Of a DNA stretch of 64,000 nucleotides, positions 50,203 through 61,657 are shown in pieces. Positions within the stretch are counted from its first letter, which is position 1; every line of letters begins with the position of its first letter. The position numbers and the translations under genes are program-made. The stretch lies in assembly GCA_016906335.1 (NCBI GenBank), contig JADEYG010000012.1, positions 744,001-808,000 on the forward strand, written 5' to 3'. The notes below the pieces were generated by a model. The model did no database searches. It saw nothing but the letters and a program-made list of their open reading frames with translations, and was not told the origin of the DNA. Origin of the DNA: Novakomyces olei (lineage: Eukaryota).

Positions 50203-53011
50203 ATGTCATCGAGCTCATCCATCTCTGTCACGGGTATTTTGACTCTTTAAATGCTACAAGCAAGCTAATGCCATGAATTAGTACGCGTGCGGCCCTTCAA
50301 TGTGAAGGAGGCATCGTCGCTGTCCGATAACGAAGATGCTCCGTTGCATTTGATGTCTGAAGGTGCGGCTTATCGAATTCAAATCTAGACTAATAATGCC
50401 AGGATCCTTTGCTTCCAATGCTGCTTCAAAATCATGCGGAAAACTGCGGCGGATCGTCAAAGTCCTGGACGACCGAGTCTTGGTGTTTGATCCACCGGAA
50501 ACAAACCCGTTAGGCAAGTTTCAAAAGTCGCTTTTGCCGGCAGGAAAACGCGTAAAAGATATGCGGTACGCGTTCGATCGGGTCTTTGACGAAACTGCTT
50601 CTCAGGACGAGGTAAGGCTGTTGGAAAGGGCTGCAAGTATCTAATCATGCACACAGGTATTCTCCGGCACAACACGCAACTTGCTGGACAGCGTGCTGGA
50701 GGGCTATAATGCTACAGTATTCGCATACGGGGCTACTGGATGTGGGAAAACTCATACGATTAGCGGCAGTCCCTCTGACCCGGGTATAATATTCCTCACA
50801 ATGAAGGATCTGTTTTCGCGCATGAAGATGAATGAGGATTCAAAGATCTATGACATTTCCCTATCCTACTTGGAGATATACAACGAAACGATAAAGGATT
50901 TACTCGTACCCTACGGAACAAGCAAAAGCCTGCTTTTACGTGAAGACGCAGACCGGAAAATCTCCGTCCCCGGACTGACCTGTCTGTGTCCCAAGAATGC
51001 AAGTACCCTCCTAAACTCCAATCGCTAACTCTCACAGGTTGAGCAAGTAATGGAGGCAATCCTGTCTGGCAACAATAACAGGACACAGTCCCCCACGGAG
51101 GCAAACCAAACCTCGTCACGTTCCCACGCTGTTTTACAGATAAATGTCACACAAAAAGACCGCACTGCTGACATTTCCGAGAACCATACAATGGCAACCC
51201 TTAGCATTATCGACCTGGCCGGCAGTGAAAGAGCCAGTGTGACTAAAAACAGGGGCGACCGACTGATTGAGGGTGCAAACATCAACAGATCGCTTCTTGC
51301 TCTCGGCAACTGTATAAACGCCCTCTGCGATCCTCACAGAAGAACTCATATTCCCTACCGAGATTCCAAGCTTACTCGTCTACTGAAATTTTCGCTTGGT
51401 GGCAATTGCAAAACCGTGATGATTGTATGCATTTCGCCATCTTCGCAGCACTATGACGAGACACACAACACCCTAAAGTATGGCAACAGAGCGAAAAACA
51501 TCAAGACAAAAGTATCCCGCAACGTTGTTTCCGTGGACCGTCATGTTAGCGGGTACGTGAAGGCCATTTACGAGCTACGGCAGCAAGTGGAAGAGCTGAA
51601 AACCCGGTTGTCTGAATCCTCTGGCGGCAAGGCTAAAGAGGCGGAGCGTTTAGCAGTGCAAAGGGAGACTATATTTCGGGACGCTTTAGCCTGTTTAGAT
51701 CGTGCCTGGGAAAAGACAATGAGCTTGCGGACAAGGCGGCTGCAGGCGGTCAGATTAGAGCGCGACACGACGCTGGAGTTGAACACGCTTGCCTCATGGC
51801 TCGAGGCATTTGAGACGGCGGCAAGCCAAACAGAGTCGACAGAGCTAATGAGGCGGCAGCTGACAACGGCAATCTCTTCGCTAAAGGACAAGAACAGTGC
51901 GCAAAAGCAAGAGCTGGCCAAGTTGCCCAGTGTCCCTGTGCAATTGGCTTCAGCAATTGCCACACAAACTCTGGATCTGCAAAGACTCAAGGACCAAGTT
52001 TCGGCAAGAGTGCTCAAGGAGAAAATTGATATGCTCTCGCGGATCGCTGAGCTGGAAGAAGAGTCGTCGTGTGCTGCTGCGGTAGAAGACGCCTTTAGTA
52101 CGAGCGAGCTAAACACAAAGAACCTGGGGTTTGCCCTGTACGAATGTATCAGTGTCCTCTCGCTCTCCGAGGGCAATAGTACTGAGGCAAAGCAGCAGCC
52201 GGAGCGGTCGGCCTTGGCCAGACGGAAACTGGTAGTGGAAACGTGCCTGCAGCGGCTGGCCAACGTCATTTCCGGGCAGAATTTCGAGCTGGACAGGCCG
52301 TTGCCTGTAGTGCCGCCAGTGCTCCCAACAACAGTAAAACCTGCTGCTCATCATCATCATCATCATCATCTGGGCTCAAGGCACACTTCTCCTGTGGATC
52401 ATAGGCATTTAAGCTCTGTGTCCCGAGGCGTAAGGGTAAGGCACAGTCCAAGGAAGCATTTGCGTCTGCCTACAGTTTCCTCCTCCTCCTCCTCCTCCTC
52501 TGCCAGTGCAAGACGAAAGTCTCCGGCAAAGAAACGCGTCCGTTTTGACAGAGTCGCGAACGATACAGCTTGGCAAGGCGAAGCTTCACCTTCGTCCGGA
52601 GACGACAGCAAAGACTCGAGAGACTTTGAAGGCGTCTCCCTCGATTCAAACATGAGCGATGCTATAGAATCCTGTGAGCCGAGGTCCACTGCCGCACCAG
52701 TAAGGCCCGCAGTGGCACCTATTCGATCGTCATTGTCACGTAAACCTGTAGGCTCAACGGCCGCTGCGGCACTTCCGGCAGAGAAGGAGAACCTGAACGA
52801 TCTTGATCAGCGTGCACTGTGCAGCGACAATATGGAACGGGCTTCCAACCCTTTTACTGCTCCAATGCGGCTCTCTAACCCAAACGTGCTTGTGAAGGAG
52901 ATGAAGACAGAGCCGTCGCTCGGACTCGGCCGGCCTTCACGGATCAGCGAGGCCGGAGCCAGAAGAGAGAGCCTTGCCCGGCAATCAATGGGGGCAAGAC
53001 CATGGCGTTGA
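50203..53011 (+). CDS. klp5/klp6 (KIP3): Kinesin-8 (Klp5/Klp6/Kip3); exons 50203-50233, 50282-50362, 50403-50611, 50657-50998, 51038-53011
   Basis: [79 protein letters not shown]. Confidence 0.95.
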
Positions 53012-53073
53012 TTTTTCTTGTTTACCATTATAATGAATGCTTTGTATATGTGCTTGTATATGCTGCTTGTAAT

Positions 53074-53334
53074 GTTTGCTGTATACGTTTGCTGTAATAT
53101 TTGCTGTATATATTTGCTGTATATATTTGCTGTAATATTTGCTGTAATATTTGCTGTATATATTTGCTGTATATATTTGCTGTATACGTTTGCTGTATGT
53201 ATTTGCTGTAATATTTGCTGTAATATTTGCTGTATATATTTGCTGTATATATTTGCTGTATACGTTTGCTGTATGTATTTGCTGTATGTATTTGCTGTAT
53301 ATATTTGCTGTATGTATTTGCTGTATATATTTGC
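53074..53334. repeat. (TTTGCTGTA[TATA/ATA/TACG/TGTA])n 12-13 bp minisatellite between the convergent kinesin and mri1 genes
   Basis: Directly visible, about 20 variant copies. Confidence 0.95.
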
Positions 53335-53425
53335 ATCTGTAGAAATCTCTTTGCCGTGAACAAGGCTAGTTGTATTTCTGCGTACACGACTAGTTGTATT
53401 TCTGCTAAATACTGCTATAATGCCG

Positions 53426-54832
53426 TCACCGCAAAACTGCTGCCGAATCAAACGTACCGTCGCCCCTTCTTTCTATACTTCCACGCTCCGTGACAATTGC
53501 ATCAATGAGGCTGGCAGGAGTAACGTCAAAAGCGGGATTCCATACATCAATCCCCGCTGCGGCAGTAGAAATAAGAGCGCTTTGTTGAGTGTCAATCTCG
53601 CCTGAAGGGAGCACAGCATTACCCCGTAGCTGAGTCATTTCAGAGGCACTCCGTTCCTCGATAGTGATAGACGCTCCCGTGGCAGTTTGCAAGTCTATAG
53701 ACGTAGTCGGCGCAGCAACGACAAACTTGACGCCATGATATTTTGCCAGTACGGCAAGCGCATACGTGCCAATCTTGTTGGCCGTATCGCCATTGGCAGC
53801 GACCCGATCTGCTCCAACGATGATTGCACAAACATCGGGTTTGAGTCGCAGCAAGGCGGCCGCCATTGAGTCCGTGATCAGTGTCGACGGGATGCCCTCA
53901 TAAATAAGCTCATAGGCAGTCAGCCGAGAGCCCTGATTGTACGGCCGTGTCTCTGTACAGTACTGGCCGTTAGTATATCCATGCATAACACACGCACAAC
54001 GGCATTGTACAATCAAGTGGGGGAAATAACCACAGTCGCCAGACAACGACAATAGTGCAGTACAACTTGGACTGTAAGGCAATAAAACCGAGAATAGGGA
54101 TAATAAAATATTAAAATAATAAAATGAAAATTAAATAATTATAAAATTATAATAAAATAATAAAATACGGTTAGAAATGGTAGCATCTTACCGCTCGGTC
54201 TAATGTGCCTGATGCAAAGAGGCTTCTTACAATACCAAGTGCGGTCCCGTAACCCGCAGTGGCCAAAGACCTATTGTCAGCGAGTCAGTTTGAAGGCTTA
54301 TTTTAAAAAGACCACAGTAGCATAATTATTATTACCCAGTATTGCAATGAGTCAAAATGGAAAACCGAGGCCGGTCAACAACGCTGCGCAGCCATTCGCA
54401 GCCATACCGTCCAATACTTCGGTTGTCAGCTACGTCATCGTGCAGCATCTGCTCGGCAGCGTCAATGTAGACAGAGCGCAAATCACTGTCTGCAGACTCG
54501 GCTCCAGCGCGTCCAACGGCGGCCTTTAGTTTAGTAACGGCATCGAGCAGGTTGACCGCGGTTGGACGGGCAGTAGCGAGGTAGTCGAGCTGTTGCTTTA
54601 TGTATTTCTGCACTTGATCGTTGGATTGCGAGGGCAATTCGTGGAGGGCGGCTGCCAGCGATAGAGCAGCAACGATCGCGATAGCAGGCGCGCCTCTCAC
54701 GTTCATATCACGAATCGCGTGCCACGCATCCGCGACTGTGGATATCGGGATATACTCTGTTTGATGCGGCAATTTTTTTTGGTCCAGAATGGACAGCCGT
54801 CCGCGGGAATAGACGATAGCTTCGAGCGTCAT
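53426..54832 (-). CDS. mri1: Methylthioribose-1-phosphate isomerase; exons 54832-54336, 54270-54192, 53962-53426
   Basis: [82 protein letters not shown]. Confidence 0.95.
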
Positions 54833-55094
54833 TGTAGTTGGCTAACGACAAATATTGCACACTCATCTGTCCTAAATAAAATAATAAAAATATTATCGCT
54901 TTTCATTATGTAAGAGCTGCCAAGGTTCAAGGTTCCCCATATTATTCTCACTGGGCTCTTATTCTTTATTTATTTTTATTATGATAATTATTCTTATTAA
55001 TTATAATTATTTTTTATTAATTATAATTATTCTTATTTATTATAATTATTCTGATAACAATCTGGCAATTATTCACATTATCGTCAGCGCACTA

Positions 55095-56163
55095 ATGGAC
55101 GCCAGTGGAGTGTGCGCGTTGGGCGACCCCGCACACCTTTTGCCTCCCAGTTGGAAGGCAATTATCCCCATATGGTTGGCGGAGGATACGCCTTCTTTTG
55201 ATTACGGTGGATATGTCGTCGGCGACACGGAGAGAAAGGCGTTTCTCTACGGCAAATCTAGCGGAATCTTGGCTGGGGTTCCCTTTTTCACCGCTGTGTT
55301 TGAGTACCTCGGGTGCCGGTGAGTTTTAACGGGAAAGACAAAGAGGCTATACCCAAAATTAAAAGCCAAAATTGAAAAGCCAAAAAGTTGTAAAAGGAGC
55401 GAAAATGAGATCCTGAATCAAAATAAATTAGGAAATTATAGAGTGTTCTGATACCAGGGTTGAATGGTTTCTCTCAGACGGGGATAAAGTTGAAGCCCCT
55501 TTTACTTGCGCTCACGTGTACGGAGCCGCACGAAAGATTTTGCTTGGAGAAAGAGTGGCTCTAAATATTGTTGCTCGTTGTTCTGGCATTGCTACTGCGT
55601 ATGACTTTATTATTTATTATTTATTATTTACAAAACATAGGTCACGGCGTCTTGTAGAGGCGACCAGAGCAGCCGGGAGCAATGCTATTGTTGCAGGAAC
55701 GCGCAAGACCACACCAGGGTTTCGACTGGTGGAAAAATACGGCATGTTAGTAGGTGGAGCTGATTCGCACCGTAATGACTTGTCTTCCATGGTTATGCTG
55801 AAGGATAATCATGTATCTTCACGGGGAAGCATCACACAAGCAGTTGAGAGCGCACGAGCCGCCGCTGGCTTCAGTATAAAAATTGAAGTAGAGTGCCGAT
55901 CAGTAGAAGAAGCCGATGAGGCTATTGATGCCGGTGCAGATATTGTGATGCTTGATAATTTTCACAGCTCAGCTTTAAAATTGGCCAGCCAGGATTTGAA
56001 AAAACGCTGGAGTCACCGGAAGTTTTTGCTCGAGTGCAGCGGCGGCCTTAGTATGGATAATATTCAAGAGTACCTGGCGGCTGAGCATATTGATATTTTT
56101 AGTACGAGCTCCGTACACCAGTCTGCCATGCCCCTGGACTTTTCTTTGAAGTTGGTAATATAG
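55095..56163 (+). CDS. BNA6: Quinolinate phosphoribosyltransferase (nicotinate-nucleotide pyrophosphorylase); exons 55095-55318, 55458-55598, 55641-56163
   Basis: [65 protein letters not shown]. Confidence 0.95.
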
Positions 56164-56608
56164 GCTCTTGAATTGCTGTTTGGCTGCCTTGGTCTGCTAT
56201 GAAGCCCGCAAATACTATTCCATGAGCATTTTTGGCGACTAGAAGCATATGTGAATAATTGAATAAATCAACTAATTAATTAATCAATTATTAATCAATC
56301 AATCAATCAATCAATCGATCAATCAATCAATTAATATTGAAAAAGTGACGGTTTAAGTTTACGGGCTGTAAAAATCTGGCCACTCACAAATCCAGTTTCA
56401 TTGTCGTTATAATCCAACTTTGTATAAAACTTTCATGTGCCTTATTACTAATCTCTTCGATTATAAATAGTCGCTAATCAATCTCGATCAGTCACGTGAC
56501 CAAAGAAGAATGGAACAAATGACGTACCTGCTCCGTTACTAATCGCCCTTACTAATCTATCACATATAAATAATAGAGGAGCAGCGCATAAATAGGCCGT
56601 TGGCTACA

Positions 56609-57217
56609 ATGATGATGAAGCTGCCAGGTCTAATCCACAAGCTCTTGGGACAAAATACTATGGCAACAGTTGTATCTTCTTCAGGCGGCGGTGCTGCGAG
56701 TGCAGCTGAAGGCGCTGGCACGGAGGTTGCGACTCTAGCAGCTGGCTGCTTTTGGGGTGTGGAGAAAATATACAGAAAGCACTTTGAGGGCAAAGGCCTC
56801 GTCGACGCAAGGGTCGGCTATACTGGCGGAGACACTAACGACCCTTCGTATCGGCAGGTGTGTACCACTTCAACGGGGCACGCAGAGGCTCTCAAAGTTA
56901 TATTTGATCCTGCAAAGCTTTCTTACGAGGAAATCATTGACTTTTTCTTTCGCATTCACGATCCTACCACGCTGAACCGGCAGGGAGCTGATACGGGTAC
57001 ACAGTACCGCTCTGCCATTTTTACTCACTCTGACAAACAAAACGAAATTGCACACAAAGTCAAGGACGCTCGGCAACAGGATCTCTGGCGCGGCCGTCCT
57101 ATAGTGACACAGATTCTGAGCGCTGGAAAATGGTGGGACGCTGAGGATTATCATCAGCAGTACCTTGACAAGAACCCGCATGGCTACGAGTGTGCGACTC
57201 ACTACTACCGGAAATGA
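56609..57217 (+). CDS. mxr1 (msrA): Peptide methionine sulfoxide reductase A (start 56609 or 56660)
   Basis: GCFWG, VGYTGG, TGHAE, HDPTTLNRQGADTGTQYRS, AEDYHQQYL. Confidence 0.95.
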   Translation: MMMKLPGLIHKLLGQNTMATVVSSSGGGAASAAEGAGTEVATLAAGCFWGVEKIYRKHFEGKGLVDARVGYTGGDTNDPSYRQVCTTSTGHAEALKVIFDPAKLSYEEIIDFFFRIHDPTTLNRQGADTGTQYRSAIFTHSDKQNEIAHKVKDARQQDLWRGRPIVTQILSAGKWWDAEDYHQQYLDKNPHGYECATHYYRK

Positions 57218-57304
57218 TTTATTTACATTTGTTTTGAAAATTCATTGAATGGGAAGAAACATGTAGCAAATAGAGGTGCCTTTGGCTCACTGTACTCGCT
57301 CAGT

Positions 57305-60300
57305 CTAGGACGAATAAAATTTGCGGAATATGAGCTGCAGGGTAATTTCCACATTGAGTCGCACCGTACCGTCGCAAATGGTCATATACTCGATCTTTGT
57401 ATGCCTGAAAGTTTAAGGTTAATAATGAGTCTGATATGAATGTCCATTTCCAACATGAACATAACAAGAAATGGGGAAAAGAAAATAAATAAAATGTTTT
57501 AAGAATAGAATTACTTTCAAGAAGTAGTGGGACAACTTACTGTGCTTGTAGGAGCTCGTCAAGGTAAAGTATGGCTGTAGAGCCGGGTATCGGAACGTTT
57601 TGATAACTAGCCTCAAAAACAAAAACGCCAAGCTCGTCGCTGCTAATAACAAGGTTAATCTTGTCGCGACTGCATCCCTGTATATCAGACATTCCGGAAA
57701 TCACGCCCTTCTCTATGAGCTTTGACACATTATACTTGTATGAGCCAAAGCGGGGCACTTGTCCATGTTTTTGCAGTTCCTTTAGATGGAAATATTGTTT
57801 TGTAAAAGGCATAATCGGACGCTTGCGTCCTTTCTTGGACAATGTCTCTATGCACGACTCGACATAGTTATTGTAATGGTCCATCTTGTCCTCAAGGTAC
57901 TTTTGCTTTCCCAAAAGATTGTCAATAGACTGTTGCAAGTCTTGCCGTTCACGTTCACGGATACGCCGCTTTCGATGCTTTGATCGAACATCTTCTGCAA
58001 TAGAATTGACAAGATCCTGGTACCCGTTCGATCGGGAGATTAAACCTAAATCTTCAAGCTTGACAACATTTTGCAGAGCTAATCGTTTTACGTCTTGGTA
58101 CGAGTAGAGAGAAAGATCAATAGCCAAAGAAGACTCTATAGCTTGAGGTTCGGCTTTTGCTGTTGGACCTTTGGCCCCTTCTTCGGCCTGAATACCAGCC
58201 CAGCGAGCTTCATACTCACTGGTTATTGGCTCAATTAAAATCTCCATCAAATTAGAACCCGCCTGGACTTGTAAAATGTGTATAAGAAGCTTTTTCGTCT
58301 TTGCCAACAGAATTCTTTGTTCTGCTTTTGCATCGTTGGCAAAGAGGCCTTTGGAGTTTAATTCAAGCAGCATCTCATCCTTTGGCAGTGAGCTAAAGGA
58401 TTGCGGTGGGACAGTGTTTAATTGTTCGAGATAGACCAATAAGGGATCATCCTGTTCTAGATTTAAGACGCCCGCGTATTGAGAAACGAATGCTACCAGG
58501 CTGCTAACAGCATCGGCTTTAATATAGAGCGATGGCTTTGACATTGCGACCACATCGTCCAATTCATCATATGAATAATGCCTATTGGGCGGTTCTGTTT
58601 CCATTGCAAGAAGACATATCTTCCACAACCGATTTCTTGATTCTAAAACAAAAGGGTTCAATGAGGCCAGATAGTCGTCCTGTTCATTCATCAATTTGCC
58701 ACTCGCCATAGCAGTCAAGAGACGAGAAAGATCAAAATAAAAGGGCCGTTGTTCTTCCGGAAGAACGCCTTTTGAGACATTAAACAAGTCTGGCGTAGCA
58801 ACCACCGGAATTATATACCTGCCATACATGAAGTTGGCCACAATGCGCAAGGACGCGTCCTCACTGTCTTTTGAAAATTTGTCACTTAATGCATGGTATA
58901 GTTCGTGCGCCAAATAGCGTACACCGTAAGGAATTTCCGTGTAGTTGGTCTCCAAGCCATCCATAATAACCTCGGCCATCATCCTGAGGTTGCGTAAATT
59001 CTTGACATAAACAGAACGAACCGATGGATCCCGTAACGCTTCATTGAAATCTATTGGATCTATAGGCGCATTTTGAAAGTCTGTCCGAGATCTTACGTTA
59101 AGCTGATGGATTCTTAGCGGATCAACAGTGAACAAAAGTTCAGACTCCCTTGACATACTAGTCAAAACAGGCCCTAAGAGCTTTCGGAAAAAGCCGACAT
59201 CTTTTTGACCGCGTGCATAAGAGCAAGATATGTTTTGCCAAATGTGACTACTCCGAACAAGACTCTTGGCATTTGATAGATTTGAGACGTGCAGTTGCAA
59301 GCATTCAGACAACAGGCTGATAAGAAAAAATTCTTCTCTTTGCTTTTGCGCATACCCAAACAAAGCCAGCACCAAGTTTTCAATCGAATGAGAATAGGCA
59401 GTGTCCTTTTCAAGATCGCTTTGAGCAATGTCAAAAATACTTGCAAGATACTGCGGCCGGGTTTGAATCAAAAATAAAAATGACTGGAAAAGGCCAATTA
59501 CATGCTTGGAGGCGTCATCAGTCCTATCATCGGTGAAATTGGTAGACTGCCTCTTTATTTCCCTACGTTGCCTTTGATGTGAAAGAACTTCGTCTAGCGA
59601 TATCTTATTGCGCACAAGCAGAGATATCTTTTGATCCAGCTGTTCGATAAATTCTTCAGAATCCTCGTTCGCGCGTACTAACTTCGTGACCGACTTTCGC
59701 ATATTATTGATCTGAAGCTCAGCGGCAAACTCGGCGTTGTCGTCTCCAAGGAGATGTAGAAATTTTCGAACAACACTGAGCGAAGGATTCTTGCCATGAA
59801 CTAAAACGTTAGTAGGGGAAGGAAAAAAAGCAAATAGAACGAAAAAGATTAAGCCGTGCGTACCCAAGCTATTGTAAGCTTTGCATTGCTGATACGCCCG
59901 TACAATACTCTGAGCCTTAATAATCTCTTTCACATGCCGCTCGTAGTATTTAAGAGTGTTCACAAGTCGTCGGCGCACTAAATAGCTGCGGCTCACAGAT
60001 TGTGTATCAACGACTATATCCTTCACATCTTCCAGTTGTCTTATTAGAATAGATATTCGATTTCGTTCAACCGCTCCTCGAATAAAAGCCTGGGCCCGTG
60101 ATATATCCAGTGCGTGTAAAATTTCCATCTTTCTCCAAGCAAGATTTTTTCGAAACTTTCTGCCCCGAATGCGCGCCTGCAGACGGGCGAATAGTGGCTG
60201 ATTGGCCAGGAGCTCGGCCACAACGCTCTGAAACCGATTCCGTACTAGAAAACTTCTAGCCACCGCATTAACTTTATATAAACAGGGATCCCGCTTTAAT

Positions 60301-61363
60301 CTGCTAATTCTGTTTGCCAGGACCCGGCGTAGCAGGATCGCTCTTGAACACGCTTGCAATTTGCATACCCAGGCATCAAATTCGCGTCTCATTTCGATCT
60401 GAAATGGAATATCAGCACGAACCATAGCCCCTCTGATTGCTGCTTGTAGAGCAGTAATGCTCTTGTCGCAATTTGCCAAAGCAGTTTGCTGGAGCTCTTC
60501 CTCAGTGGGCGGAGGAGGTGATACTTCCCGTGCAGGCCCATCTGTACTCATTGCACTGGCAAGCCCGGCAAAGTTGGGCATGGAAACCCCAGCTTTGTCA
60601 AGACCCCGTTGGGTAGATAAGATATCGGAATCCGAAAAGTCAATTTTCCCGACAAGAGATGCAAGCGGATCCGCTATTCCCTGGCAAGATAATAAGAAGG
60701 AAAGTGCATGGATGCAGAATACGACTTTGGGTATATTTTTTGCGTCGTAAAGATCTGTAAGCTCAAACTGAAAAATTTCAGGCAAGCCCGTATGCGCGAC
60801 CCACCGGAAAAAAGCATTAATGTTGTCCGAATACCGAAATTCAAGTCTGCCCGGTGTCTTGCCATAGTATATCTTGCGTACTAATTGCGGTTCAAACCGC
60901 CGTGCTAATTTTGCCAGAATAATGCCGTTGCGCAGTGCCTGCTCAAGTTCAACAGCCGGAGGCAGTTCTTCTTGCAGGCAGTGCTCCATCCAGCTACAAT
61001 CAGTTTAGCCATATGATCCTGAGAGCCAAAGGCAACGTCAAAGCAATAACTGACAAAATTATTGGGACATGAACAGTCCCAAAAAAAAAAAAAGCAATCT
61101 TACATCTTTGCCTCTTCAATGTGGCACAGGTACTCGTAGGCCTGCAAGCTCTCCCGTTCCTTGTCCATCCATTTGCTGGCAGTCGTGACGGAAGTCACTA
61201 CAGAATTCTCTTTGTTTGCTCCATTGTTCTCATTACGCTGCAGCCTCAATCGGCCCTGCAAGCCAGCCACATCGCTCACATTTTGGTTCAAGTTGCGTCC
61301 GTATGACTGCAAATTGCCGAGCGAGAGACCGGACCTGCTGCGCTCAAGTCCCGAGGCCATCAT
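57305..61363 (-). CDS. rng2/IQG1: IQGAP-related cytokinesis protein; exons 61363-61104, 60993-59864, 59800-57541, 57404-57305
   Basis: LQAYEYLCHIEEAK..W, CH domain (LRNGIILAKL, DLYDAKNIPKVVFCIHAL), IQ repeats, RasGAP-like domain; spliced C-terminus LNVEITLQLIFRKFY. Confidence 0.93.
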
Positions 61364-61485
61364 AAACAAGTCGTGTTTGCGTGTAAATAATCACGCTCCC
61401 CAGTAAACAAAAACTGTGGCCACGCGCGTCACTGGCAGTACGGTTACATAGTAATCTTCTAATTATATACATGGCTCCGTCTAGA

Positions 61486-61501
61486 TTAGGGTTAGGGTTA
61501 G
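61486..61501. promoter_or_regulatory. TTAGGGTTAGGGTTAG (AACCCT-box/telobox-like element) in the rng2/gua1 divergent promoter
   Basis: The reverse complement contains AACCCTAACCCT; function is inferred. Confidence 0.55.
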
Positions 61502-61657
61502 TATTATTTTATTGCCTTTTCCGACTCTCGAGTGCCCGCAGTATTGCTTCCCCAGCACATCACGTGACAGCCACAATTGATAAGCACGGAAAAAAAAATT
61601 GCCATGTGCAGACACAAACTGCCATCATTAAAAGAAAATAAAAACAAACCCTGCAAA

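Noticed and set aside
53018-53493. Repetitive ORFs or a CRISPR-like array
   Set aside because: Translations of a minisatellite; no unique spacers, no cas genes, eukaryotic context.
54910-54940. tRNA T-loop-like GGTTCAA
   Set aside because: No cloverleaf or A-box could be built.
28648-57217. Sulfur-metabolism cluster (sul1, mri1, msrA)
   Set aside because: The genes are dispersed among unrelated housekeeping genes and share no convincing motif.
61604-61657. In-frame upstream ATG extending IMPDH by 18 aa
   Set aside because: A-rich, UTR-like sequence with no homology; ATG 61658 has the typical AAAATG context.
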